Source: an uncultured delta proteobacterium (GTDB lineage Bacteria > Desulfobacterota > RBG-13-43-22). Taken from it: DNA of 21,978 nt. Positions 9,047 through 19,140 of the stretch are shown piece by piece. Location of the stretch: contig CAWDKY010000064.1 of NCBI GenBank assembly GCA_963802945.1, positions 1 through 21,978 on the forward strand, written 5' to 3'. Position 1 is the stretch's first letter. The number at the start of each line of letters is the position of its first letter. A program made the position numbers and the translations under genes. The notes under the pieces were generated by a model that was not told the origin of the DNA, ran no database searches, and saw only the letters and a list, made by a program, of their open reading frames with translations.

Positions 9047-10302
9047 ATGGATTTTGCACTCAGTGAAGACCAGAATAGGCTGAAGACATCAGTCCGGGAG
9101 TTTCTGGAGAAAGAATGCCCTGAGGCTGTTGTCAGGAAGATAGAAACCGATCAGAAGGGTTACTCTCAGGAGATCTGGAAAAAGATTTCCAAGTTAGGCT
9201 GGCTGGGGATCGGTATCCCCAAGGAATATGGAGGCACGGGTGGTGACTTCATCGACCTGATGGTGCTGCATGAGGAAATGGGAAGGGCATTGTTCCCCAG
9301 TCCTCACCTGTCCACTGTGGTACTTTGCGGGCAGACGATCCTAAATGCCGGAAGTCCGGAACAGAAAAAAGAACTCTTGCCTAAGATAGTGGACGGCACG
9401 CTTATCCTGGCCATGGCCCTGACCGAACCGGAGTCGGTCTGGGATGGCCGGGCCTGGGAGCCGGAAGGAGTGAAAATGAAGGCCACTCCTAAGGGTAATG
9501 ATTATATTTTAGACGGCGTCAAGCTGTTCGTTCATGATGCCCACGTGGCTGACTATATCCTGTGCGCTGCCAAGACCAGACAGGCCAGAAAACCCGAAGA
9601 AGGGATCACCCTCTTTCTGGTCCCGGCCAAGAGCAAGGGAGTCAGTTGTGAACTGATGGATACCGTGACTAACAGTAACAAACAGTGTGAGGTGGTCTTT
9701 AAAAAAGTCAGGGTCTCCAAGAAGAACATCGTGGGAAAGTTAAATAAGGGATGGGACCCTCTGTTCCAATCCATTCAGGCCGGAGCCGTGATGCTGTGTG
9801 CCGAGATGGCTGGGGCCGCCAAGAAGGTCCAGGATATAACCGTTGATCATGCTAAAACCCGCATACAGTTCGATATGCCCATTGGAATAAACCAGCATGT
9901 TCAGGAGCATTGTGTCCAGCTGACGATACGGCAGGACGCCTGCGAGATATTTCCAATTATGCGGCCTGGGCACTGAATCAACCGGACCACGAACTGGACA
10001 TCGCTATGGCCAAGGCTTTTTGCAGCGAGGCCTTTGAGCACCTCTGCTGGCGGGCTCACCAGGTACTAGCGGGAGTAGGAACGATGGCCGTGCTGCATAT
10101 ACTGCCGCTCTATACCCGATGGGGCATTACTGCTGAGAACTACCTCGGAGATACCGAGTTCTGGCTGGAAAGGGTCGCCCTGGAGCTGGAGAAACTGCCT
10201 CCACATCTGAAGACCAAAGGCAAGCCGCTGGGTCTTTGGGATCCAAAAAAGAAACAGGTGCCGGCCTGGGATATCTGGCGCGAGTTCGCTGAGAGCCTGT
10301 AA
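9047..10302 (+). CDS. Acyl-CoA dehydrogenase, FadE27/ChsE5-like partner; apparent frameshift ~9943
   Basis: MDFALSEDQ, IPKEYGGTGG, EEMGRALFPSP, LDGVKLFV, RIQFDMPIG, AMAKAF, AHQVLAGVG; 29 bp downstream of the first ACAD. Confidence 0.9.
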
Positions 10303-10393
10303 AAATAGCCCAGCCCAAAAAAGTGAAACACCTACTGTTAAAAGTTTCTTTAAATCGCCAGCTTTTTGGGGCGTGGCACCACGAAGGATGAAA

Positions 10394-10470
10394 AAGGGTT
10401 CAAGCCGAGGGTTCGAGCGCATGGCGGAGTGATAGGCGTCGGAATTTAAAACCCTTGAACCCTTGAATCC
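10394..10470. repeat. Intergenic inverted/tandem 8-mer repeat element
   Basis: AAGGGTTCAAG (10394-10404) is the reverse complement of CTTGAACCCTT (10454-10464); tandem CCCTTGAA units and a variant GAGGGTTCGAG. Confidence 0.45.
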
Positions 10471-10583
10471 GACTTGGAGTTTGTCGGACTTGATGCAGGT
10501 CGGAATGAAGAATAAAAGTTTCGGCGACTATTGACGAGAATAGAGGCAATAAAAATTTAAAGTTTCGATGAAAGGGAAACGAT

Positions 10584-11455
10584 ATGTCAGAAGATGTTCA
10601 AATAAAAGACGGCTATATTTGGGGCGGCTGGAGAAGGCCGGTAAATGTTTGGATCAACTTGCCGGGGTCAATCCATAATGATGAGGTGGCCCAAAAGGTG
10701 GGTATGCGCGGAGGCACCATACCCGGGACCATCCATTTGAATTTATTTCCCCCTTTATTGCTCCAAGCCTTTGGCCAGCGCTGGTTTGAGCAAGGAATAC
10801 TGAGTGCCTTTTATACCTATGCCACCACCGACCGAGAGGAAGTGAGGGCGGTTCTCGGTGTCCCTCCCACAGGAGCCAAAGAGGTCCAAGTGGAAGCCAA
10901 GGCCGAGACCCCAGGAGGTCAAACCGTGTTAAAGGGAACGGCCTCGGTTGGAAACCCAAAGGAGCCGTCTTATTTGCAAACTTTTGAGTTTAAGAATGCC
11001 AAACCAGAAGAACTGCGTATCCTTGCCGGGCTAAAGGCCGGATCGGATTTAGCAGCGGAAGATGTCCTCATCACCCAGGAGTTGGTGGATGCATCGCTTA
11101 AGACGATCACCGATCCGCTGGATTGGTATCGAGACCGTTCGCCCTGGGCAGCGCCATCGCACCGCCGGCCGTGATGGCTAAAATTATGATGATACCTCCT
11201 GTCCGGGAGGACGGGAAAATCTTTGAAAAACCCAAAGCCGTGGGATTTTACGGGGCCACCGAGTTGCACAACATCAATGGACCGGTAAAGATCGGGGTGC
11301 CCTACCGGGCTAAAGGGAAACTGATCTGTGTGGGGGCCAGCTCCAAGACGGAGTTTATCTGGTATGATGTAACCTTGGAGGAAAAGGATTCCGGGAAAAA
11401 AGTTGCCGAGATGCGTCAAATGACCCGCTGGATGAAATCATCCTTCGCCGGCTGA
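10584..11455 (+). CDS. Probable double hotdog-fold (MaoC-like) hydratase/thioesterase; apparent frameshift ~11146
   Basis: SIHNDEVAQKVGMRGGTIPGTIH resembles the MaoC N.IH.D...A...G....IAHG motif; second half has SPWGSAIAPP and VGFYGATELHNINGPV. Confidence 0.65.
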
Positions 11456-11552
11456 AGATGAGGCAGAGGGAACGTGTTGAAAATAAGCCTTGAAGTAAGC
11501 GTAGCGGCCATTGTCGCCCCGGCCCTGGCCGCCTGCTCGATATGTTTTTTCC

Positions 11553-11581
11553 TTGACCGTATCTATTTCTTTCCTTATACT
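11553..11581 (+). promoter_or_regulatory. Putative sigma70 promoter upstream of the GH1 gene
   Basis: TTGACC-17 nt-TATACT. Confidence 0.55.
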
Positions 11582-11803
11582 CTTTCCATCAAAACACAAC
11601 ATCTATTAATGATTCTCTCAGCGATTTTTGAGCCTTTGTGGTTAACAGTAACTCTCTTTCCAGATAACTAAAGTTTTGCCTTTCTTCGTAATTTGTGAAA
11701 TTAGCATTTCCTTGTAGTTGAAGTAATTTACCCAGTCAAACGGCCGGTTGAAGTGATAGCTGAACAGATAATTCTTTTTTCGAACGAATAACTATGCAGT
11801 CTT

Positions 11804-11820
11804 TTTGTTATGATAACAAA
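11804..11820. promoter_or_regulatory. Palindromic operator candidate
   Basis: TTTGTTAT-g-ATAACAAA, a perfect 8-bp inverted repeat about 90 bp before the GH1 start. Confidence 0.45.
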
Positions 11821-11908
11821 TTTGTTTTATTGAATTAAGAAGAGAAAGAGGCAAGAGCAGACTTGCCCTTTTAAGATTTGAACCTACTTACTTGCAGAGA
11901 AAGCCAAT

Positions 11909-13156
11909 ATGACCTTTCAATTTCCAAAAGGTTTTATATGGGGTACGGCGGCTTCTGCGCATCAGGTCGAAGGAAACAATACGGGGAGTGATTTCTGGTT
12001 TCTGGAGCATATGCCGGGCACTGCCTTTGCAGAGCCGTCCGGCGACGCCTGTGACCATTATCACCGGTATCACGACGATATCAGGCTCATGGCCCAGCTC
12101 GGATTCAACTCTTATCGCCTTTCTATTGAATGGCCGCGGATCGAACCCGAGCCGGGCCATTTTTCAATTGCCGCCCTTGATCATTACCGCCGAATGCTTG
12201 CCGCCTGCTGGGAGAACCGCCTTGTTCCCTGCGTTACCTTTCATCATTTCACTGCGCCTTTGTGGTTTACCGCCGACGGCGGATGGGAGGACGACAGGGC
12301 GGCTGATCGGTTCGCAAAATTTTGCGAGCGGGCGACGGAGCACCTAGGCGACATGATCGGTATGGCTTGCACCATCAACGAAGCCAATCTTAACGGTTCT
12401 CTGGCAATCAGAGGGACTTTGCCGCGCCAAGGATTGAAGAATTATCTGAAGTTCGTGGCCGAGGCCGCAAGGCGATGCGGCACAACCGTTGAACGCTTCA
12501 GCCCCTATCTCTTCGGCGAGCCGTTTCGCATCAACGAGATCATGCTTCAAGCCCATCTGAAATCCCGCGAGGCCATAAAATCTGGACCGGGTAAGTTTCC
12601 GGTGGGCGTCACGCTGTCTATGTCCGATTATCAAGCCGTACCTGGCGGCGAGAAGCAGCGTGACAAAGCGTTGGCCGAAGATTATGGACCCTTTCTTGAA
12701 GCCGCGCGAGCGGATGATTTCATAGGAGTCCAAACTTACAGCCGAACCCGCTTCGGGCCGGAGGGCGCGCTCGGCCCGGAAGACGGCGTAGACTTTCTCG
12801 TTATGGGCTATGAATTCTGGCCGGAAGCGCTTGAGCCCACCATTCGCTATGCATCCCAAAAAGCGGGTGTGCCTGTTTACGTTACCGAAAACGGAATCGG
12901 TACGACCAATGACGAGCAACGCATCGAATATGTTCGGCGCGCACTGAAGGGGGTTGTTCAATGCCTGCTCGACGGCATTGATGTTCGTGGTTACTATTAT
13001 TGGTCTTTGCTGGACAACTTTGAGTGGTTGTTCGGCTATGGCCCTCAATTCGGTCTGATCGGTGTGGACCGCAAGACACAGCTTCGCACAGTCAAACCTA
13101 GCGCCGCCTGGCTGGGAGCCATTGCTCGAGCGAACACGTTCGAAATGAATGAATAA
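11909..13156 (+). CDS. Glycoside hydrolase family 1 (beta-glucosidase-like)
   Basis: FPKGFIWGTAASAHQVEG, DHYHRY, YRLSIEWPRIEP, TINEAN (acid/base), YVTENG (nucleophile), WSLLDNFEW. Confidence 0.95.
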   Translation: MTFQFPKGFIWGTAASAHQVEGNNTGSDFWFLEHMPGTAFAEPSGDACDHYHRYHDDIRLMAQLGFNSYRLSIEWPRIEPEPGHFSIAALDHYRRMLAACWENRLVPCVTFHHFTAPLWFTADGGWEDDRAADRFAKFCERATEHLGDMIGMACTINEANLNGSLAIRGTLPRQGLKNYLKFVAEAARRCGTTVERFSPYLFGEPFRINEIMLQAHLKSREAIKSGPGKFPVGVTLSMSDYQAVPGGEKQRDKALAEDYGPFLEAARADDFIGVQTYSRTRFGPEGALGPEDGVDFLVMGYEFWPEALEPTIRYASQKAGVPVYVTENGIGTTNDEQRIEYVRRALKGVVQCLLDGIDVRGYYYWSLLDNFEWLFGYGPQFGLIGVDRKTQLRTVKPSAAWLGAIARANTFEMNE

Positions 13157-13244
13157 GGATAGTTCTGCGCCCTTGAACATTTTCTCGTGTAGTATGGGGG
13201 AAGATCAGCCTTCATTCCCTTGTCTTCTCCCCTGTTTTTTCTCC

Positions 13245-13273
13245 TTGATCCTGCCTTTTTCTTATTTTATACT
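13245..13273 (+). promoter_or_regulatory. Putative sigma70 promoter upstream of the SDR gene
   Basis: TTGATC-17 nt-TATACT; flanks resemble those of 11553-11581. Confidence 0.5.
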
Positions 13274-13443
13274 CTCTCCATTCAAAACCAAAGTCCTATA
13301 ATTCAGCATGATGAGATTGTTTTTCCTTGACATAAAAGTTTAATGCTTCCCATATCTTCAACCCAAAAAGGGAATTCTTTATCTAACCTCATCTGTTGGA
13401 AAAAGGAGCCTAAGAATCTATTTCATTATAAAGGAGAAAAAGT

Positions 13444-14214
13444 ATGGGAAAATCTAGTTTTGATCTTGAAGGCAAGGTCGCGCTGGTAACCGGTGGCAAC
13501 GGCGGTATTGGACTGGGAATGGCGGAAGCCCTGGCTGAGGCGGGAGCCGATGTCTGCATCTGGGGGCGAAATGAGGGAAAAAACGAGGCGGCTGAAGAAA
13601 AGCTGAAAAGTTATGGTCACCGTGTATTAGCCTTAAAATGTGACGTCTCGGCTGAACAACAGGTGGAGGAATGTTTTGCCAAGACGTTAAAAAGCCTGGG
13701 AAAGGTAACGGCCTGTTTTGCCAATGCCGGAATAGGAGGCATAGGAACCCCCTTTCATAAGATGACCATTGAAGAGTGGCGACGGATTTTCAGCGTCAAT
13801 ATGGAGGGTGTTTTTTTTACATTCAGGGCCGCGATCCGGCACATGATAGAATATAAGATCAAGGGGTCGCTGGTGGCTACCAGCAGCCTCTCTGCCATCT
13901 CAGGGGCGCCTGGGAGCGAACATTACGCCTCTAGCAAAGGCGGTTTACTGTCCCTGATTCGAGCCTTGGCTGTGGGATATGCTCGCTATGGCATTCGTGC
14001 CAACGCCATTATACCCGGTTGGATCGAGACGGATATGACAGCTAACGTGTTCTCTAACGAGAAGTTTGAAAATGCGGTGCTTCGCCGGATCCCTTTGCGG
14101 CGCTGGGGCGTGCCAAAGGATTTCGGCCCGGCAGCGGTCTATTTTGCCAGTGACGCCAGTGCATATCATTCAGGTGATGAATTCATCATTGACGGCGCCT
14201 ACTTCAGATTTTAG
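13444..14214 (+). CDS. Classical short-chain dehydrogenase/reductase
   Basis: TGGNGGIG, ANAG, catalytic S and YASSK, PGWIET; AAGGAG RBS. Confidence 0.95.
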   Translation: MGKSSFDLEGKVALVTGGNGGIGLGMAEALAEAGADVCIWGRNEGKNEAAEEKLKSYGHRVLALKCDVSAEQQVEECFAKTLKSLGKVTACFANAGIGGIGTPFHKMTIEEWRRIFSVNMEGVFFTFRAAIRHMIEYKIKGSLVATSSLSAISGAPGSEHYASSKGGLLSLIRALAVGYARYGIRANAIIPGWIETDMTANVFSNEKFENAVLRRIPLRRWGVPKDFGPAAVYFASDASAYHSGDEFIIDGAYFRF

Positions 14215-14237
14215 TTTAACCTGGAGGCCTCCCACAT

Positions 14238-14265
14238 GGCAGGGTCAGTTGACCCTGCCTTTTTT
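14238..14265 (+). terminator. Intrinsic terminator after the SDR gene
   Basis: GGCAGGGTC-agtt-GACCCTGCC followed by TTTTTT. Confidence 0.85.
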
Positions 14266-14636
14266 ATGCGCATTTCAAACAGTAATTGTTAATTTTAAGG
14301 ACTTACTTTTTAAAACATTAGTAGGGTATTTTATATCACTTGACTATCTATTAGAACACAAGGTGAAATCCTTAAATTCTGTGCGGTGAGGCCATGTTCG
14401 AGGAAACTTGAGGAGTTCTTCCGGAAAGCCGCAGTTCTCCATTTTTCAAAACCCGCAAGAATGCAAATCGTAATAAAGGAAATGGCTTGATTTTTTAGAA
14501 ATAATTGAATAAGAAATCCTATACCTTAACGTTAGACCTTTTCTCGGCGGGGCCATTAACCAAAGAGTGTCAATGGCGGAAAATAAAACAGATCCAGGAC
14601 GGAAGGCACTTAAAGGAGAGGAAAAAAGAAATTAGA

Positions 14637-14882
14637 ATGGTTGAGGCCGAAGATTCCGGTAAATATATGACCACCAAAAGACTCGAAACCTTGGTGGATG
14701 GAATATTTGCCATCGCTATGACTTTGCTGGTATTAAATTTAGTTGTTCCTCGAAATGATGGTCAATTATCTGATGTGGCTTTTCAGAAGGCTCTTTATGG
14801 ACTTATACCTACCTTTATCTCTCTTTTTGTAAGCTTCATCCTCCTGACAATCTTAGGAATGGGGTCAGGTCTATTTTCTTGA
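14637..14882 (+). pseudogene. TMEM175 (DUF1211) family potassium channel, truncated by a MITE
   Basis: KRLETLVDGIFAIAMTLLVL signature; about 74 codons, then the frame reads into the inverted-repeat element and stops. Confidence 0.85.
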
Positions 14883-15001
14883 CATTAATGTGTTTATATT
14901 TTCTGGAGCAGATCACCGATCATTTCGGTTTACACTTTATCTCGGCTGGCCAACCTATACGAACAAATAAACTAATGTCAAGAAAATAGACCTGACCCCA
15001 T
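14859..15001. mobile_element. 143-bp MITE with perfect 29-bp terminal inverted repeats (RAYT-like transposon derivative)
   Basis: ATGGGGTCAGGTCTATTTTCTTGACATTA (14859-14887) and its exact reverse complement at 14973-15001; the interior translates LEQITDHFGLHF, like an EIADHFGLHY HTH. Confidence 0.85.
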
Positions 15002-15334
15002 GGTGGTGGTGCTGATCCTGCCCGTGGAGTGGCTGGCCGGAAGACGTAAAAAAGGTTCAATATTATTTTCTTTCTGAAGTCCTCAACCTTCCATTTCTGA
15101 AAAAAGACAAAAGTTCAAACGGTGATCGTTAATAAGTTATTTGTAAGTCCAGCCCCGCAATCTCCCAAATTTCTCCAGAAGACACCTTCATCCTCTCTTT
15201 TCTGCCCTGTTTTTCCCCTTGAGTTAGCCAAAAAGAAAGAAGGCGATCTTATAACGGAGCAAAGAGAAGTAACGGATTAATTTTGGAATGTTGGAAGCGA
15301 TAGAATCTCAACCCAAACAACCATAGCCCGGATC

Positions 15335-15389
15335 GGCGTCAGGTCTCAAACTCAGCGAAGAGAGAATTGTCCATTTGGGCCTGACGACC
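15335..15389. repeat. Degenerate GGGGTCAGGTCT-type inverted pair
   Basis: GGCGTCAGGTCTCAAA ... TTTGGGCCTGACGACC. Confidence 0.5.
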
Positions 15390-15420
15390 TATAACTATTA
15401 ACCATAAGGAGTTTTTAAAA

Positions 15421-16829
15421 ATGAGATCGATCAGTAAAATATTTTTGATTATTTTGTCTATTGGTTCACTTTTTTTTCTAACGATTATGAGTCCCGCCAT
15501 GGCCTCGGCGGCTAATGCCAAATTCGCAGTCAGTAAAATGGGAAATATGTCCGACTTTGATCCGAGCCATCCGGTGATCCCCACCGGGGATACGATCAAG
15601 ATCGCCGTGGTCGCTTCTTTTTCAACCGGCGCTGTGAATGGTGAATTATACTGGGCGGTGGCCAGTTGGGTAAGCCACGATATCAACAAGAGGGGAGGCA
15701 TCCTGGTAGACGGTAAGAAGAAGCTGGTCCAGATCATCAAGGCCGATCACATGTCCAGGCCGGACGAGTGCAAGAAAATTTGTGAAAGCATGGCCCTGCA
15801 AGAAAAGGTTTGCGCCTTTTGGGGCACCGATGGCAGTAACTTGGTAAAAGTCATGAATGAGGTGGCCGATAAATATCATATTATTTCTCAGAACTTCACC
15901 TCCTTATCCGATGAACTGCAGAATGCCCAAAATTTTTCACGCTATGCCTTCATGACCCAGTTTTCGACTTCCCAGGTTGGAAGGAGCTTCGCCTATTTCT
16001 ACGGCCAAATCAGGAAAAAGGAAAAAAAGTTCTATCTTCTCAACCAGGATTACATGTACGGTCATGACTTGGCCGAATCGTTTAAAAAAGGTTTAAAAGA
16101 ATATTATCCTCAAGCCCAGATCGTCGGTGAGGATTTTCATAAGCTGTTTCTGACCGACTTTGCCCCCTATCTGACCAAAATTAAGGCCTCCGGTGCTGAG
16201 GTGATTTACACCGGTGATTGGCTGCCGGACTCGGGCAACCTGCTCAAGCAGGCCAGACAAATGGGGATCATGACCCCTTTGCCCATATCTTCATGGGCGA
16301 CCCCAATACTTTGACTGCAGTGGGAATTCAGGGTTCGAATGGTTTGCAGAACATTGTTTCTTATGGAAACGGCAACCCGGTCTTTAAAACCCGTGATGAC
16401 ATCAAATTGTATAATATGTGGCATGATCTGTGGAAGACCAAATTCAAACCCCCTTTCAACCAAAAGATGTATGAACACGGGTTGTTCCGATGGAGCATGG
16501 ATCTTTACTGGCTCTTGAGTGTAATCGAACGAGCCGGAAGTACGGACCCGGAAAAGATTATCAAGGTCTGGGAGGGAGACACTTATCAATTTGCCAACGG
16601 TCAAGTGGTCAAAATGCGACCCTGTGATCATATGGTCATCGAAGACCTTTATATAAGCGAATATGTTCCTCCGGATCGACAGAAGGTGTCTTTCAATATT
16701 CCGCCTTATCATTGGGCGTCTGACTATTCTTTTTTGGGTCCCACAAGCAGGATTCCTGCGGTGAAGGTTCTTCCCTTGATGGATCCGAAACTGGAAAGGT
16801 GCAGAGGTAAGAATCCTTCGGGCGACTAA
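15421..16829 (+). CDS. ABC transporter substrate-binding protein, LivJ/branched-chain amino acid-like (type I PBP); apparent frameshift ~16277
   Basis: Signal peptide; DTIKIAVV, INKRGGILV, NQDYMYGHD, DFAPYLTKIKASGAEVI, IERAGSTDPEKII. Confidence 0.88.
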
Positions 16830-16874
16830 GCCTTCGAGAGAACCAAAGAGCTAGATCCCACCAGGGCGAATTAG

Positions 16875-16929
16875 ATTGGGGAATTTGGGGAAGCTCCAGA
16901 GAAAGATCCTGGGGCTTCCCTCCCCCAAT
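16875..16929. terminator. Long hairpin between convergent genes, possible terminator
   Basis: GGGAAGCTCCAG/CTGGGGCTTCCC core (16888-16920) extended by ATTGGGG/CCCCAAT. Confidence 0.4.
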
Positions 16930-17050
16930 GACCAAACGAAAAAGCATCAGAACCTCCTCGGATTCCAAGCTTCCCTCTTCAGGAGGGATAATCCTGTGAA
17001 CAAAGAATACCTGTGTTTCTTCAGCAAGCAGGAGACACAGACGGCTCTTT

Positions 17051-17174
17051 TTTAGACTTCTGCTCAGATTCTTAAAGTGAAATTTCAGATAGTCGTTAAG
17101 ATTGCCCCAGGATCATCTGTTCCTGGAACAGCCTGACGTAAAGTCCAAGATTATAAACCCGACCCCAACCCTGC
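17051..17174 (+). repeat. Dispersed ~125-bp repeat ending in a GGGGTCGGGT-type transposon end, copy A
   Basis: Manual alignment with 20230-20354 gives about 102/125 identities; ends GTCCAAGATTATAAACCCGACCCC. Confidence 0.85.
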
Positions 17175-17204
17175 GTGGCCCGCCCCCATTTAATACCCCC
17201 ATTT

Positions 17205-18396
17205 TTATATCTTGGTTATAATACAGGAGGAATTTCCACCCAGGCCACGGTTAATGGCTAATCCGACTTTGGCACCTTCCACCTGTCTCTCACCGGCTAT
17301 ACCCCTCAGTTGCTGAACATGTTCGCATATCTGAAACATGGCCTGAGCAGGTATGGCTTCTCCGGAAGAGGATACACCGCCGCTGGTGTTTACCGGAATT
17401 CTTCCGCCCAACCTGGTTGCCCCCTCCCGCAAGAGCGCCTCGGCCTCACCTTCCTTGCAAAGTCCGGTGGCTTCATACCAATAGAGTTCCAATGATGCCG
17501 CCAGGTCATAGACTTCGGCCAGATCAATATCTTCAGGCCCGATACCGGCTTCATCAAAAGCTGCCCTGGCTGGTGGTGTAAGGCGATCCTTTCTGGATGG
17601 ATCGGGTTTGTCGATGTTCAGGCCGAACCCGCCGCGGGGTGATTCAGGAGCGGAATAATCCGGAGAGGCAACCCCGATACTGGCTACGATGACCGGTTTA
17701 GTCGTGTATTGCTTGGCTTTCTCCATACTGCAAACGACTAATGCGGCTCCCCCGTCGCTGGTAGCGCAAATTTCAAAAAGGCGGAGCGGATAACAGACGA
17801 GCGGCGAGTTCAGTACCTCTTCTTTGGTATATATTTTTTTAAATCTTGTATAAGGATTGGCCGAAGCATGCCGGCTGTTTTTCACCTTAACCTCGGCAAT
17901 ATCGTCCTCGGTCAGACCATAGAGGTGCATCCGTCTCACCGCCTGCTGAGCAAAACCGGTGGGGTTGGTCTGGCCAAGAATTCTGAAGCGCTGGGTGTCA
18001 AAATCCGTCGGGTCGAACTCCCTGATTTGAGTAGGAGCAAAAAATCCTTTGGGCGAAACACTCCCGGCCACAACCAGAACCAGGTCACAGAAACCGGAGT
18101 TGATATAAGATTGAGCGGTCTTGAGAGCATAACCACCTGTGGCACAGGCGTTGTAGCACATTAACCGTGGGGATTCCTGTAGGTCCCAGGCGGGCATGCA
18201 GGGTGGAACCGGCCAATATCCCCTGGTTGCCGCTAAAACGATCCTCCCCACCACAAATCATTTGTATATCCTTCCATTCTACATTGGCATCTTTAAGCGC
18301 CTTCTCGGCTGCATAAACAGCTAAATCATCCCAGGACATATCCGGGAATTTGCCCCAGGGATGCAGTCCGAAACCTATGATAGCAACCTCTTTCAT
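17205..18396 (-). CDS. SCP2-type thiolase-like protein (lipid-transfer protein, Rv1627c-like); apparent frameshift ~18158
   Basis: MKEVAIIGFGLHPWGKF, V(Y)NACATGG, KVKNSRHASANP, ICATSDGGAA, EVYDLAA, VNTSGG..SGEAIPAQ, GLGGN. Confidence 0.9.
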
Positions 18397-18451
18397 CGGC
18401 TTTGCCTCCTTTTTTTACGTCCGTTGGTCACCACCGGCCATCCTTAGGCTT

Positions 18452-18895
18452 TCAGCCCGAAACCGGCTTGAATTTCCAGGTGATCACTTCGTTTCCCTTT
18501 TCATCATCATAGAGCTTATCAAGGATCAATTCCATCTCCGATCCGATCTTCAGGTTCTTTTCATCGTAGCCTGAGGCTATTTGTCCCTGAACCATCAGCC
18601 CTTCGGGAAGCTCCACGATGCCATTGGCATAGGGGACAAAGGGATCAGGGGAGTGATAGGGTGCCGGTGGTTTATAATGATTAACCGTAAAGGTGTACAA
18701 GGTCCCTCTCCTGCTGAGCAACACCTCTTCCACCGGTTCGGTCTTCTTGCAATAGGGGTTCCGACAAATGGATACCTTTGGAAAAAAATGATCACCGCAA
18801 GACTTACATCTCCCTCCTATAAGGCGGGGGTCTTCCGAATTCATGGTGAACCACCCTTCCACACAGGGGATTTGTTTATGGACTGTATTTTCCAT
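18452..18895 (-). CDS. DUF35 Zn-ribbon/OB-fold protein (ChsH2-like), thiolase partner
   Basis: CKSCG..FFP...CRNPYC, GTLYTFT, PYANGIVELPEG, WKFKP; directly upstream of the thiolase. Confidence 0.92.
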   Translation of the reverse strand: MENTVHKQIPCVEGWFTMNSEDPRLIGGRCKSCGDHFFPKVSICRNPYCKKTEPVEEVLLSRRGTLYTFTVNHYKPPAPYHSPDPFVPYANGIVELPEGLMVQGQIASGYDEKNLKIGSEMELILDKLYDDEKGNEVITWKFKPVSG

Positions 18896-18946
18896 TCAGT
18901 GTCCTCCTTTTCTCTTGGGAAAAGCCTCTGACCCTAAAATACAGTA

Positions 18947-18963
18947 GGCTCAGGTCTTGAAAT
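18947..18963 (+). repeat. Degenerate GGGGTCAGGTCTTG-type end
   Basis: GGCTCAGGTCTTGAAAT in the divergent intergenic region. Confidence 0.4.
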
Positions 18964-19140
18964 ATCCCTTTTCCTTTGCCTCTGCTTTTGCTATTACTTG
19001 ACTGACGGTAGTATAATGAATTTCCAAATAGTCCGCAATCTCTTTTAGGGAATATTTTTATTTCATGTTAGCGTTAGGGATGCTTATATTTCTTTGGGCC
19101 TTAGTTTTTTGACTTCTAAAAATCAATATAAGGAGAGAAC

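Noticed and set aside
12344-13180. 278-aa antisense ORF, and similar shadow ORFs elsewhere
   Set aside because: Lies opposite the well-supported GH1 gene; explained by GC-rich codon bias.
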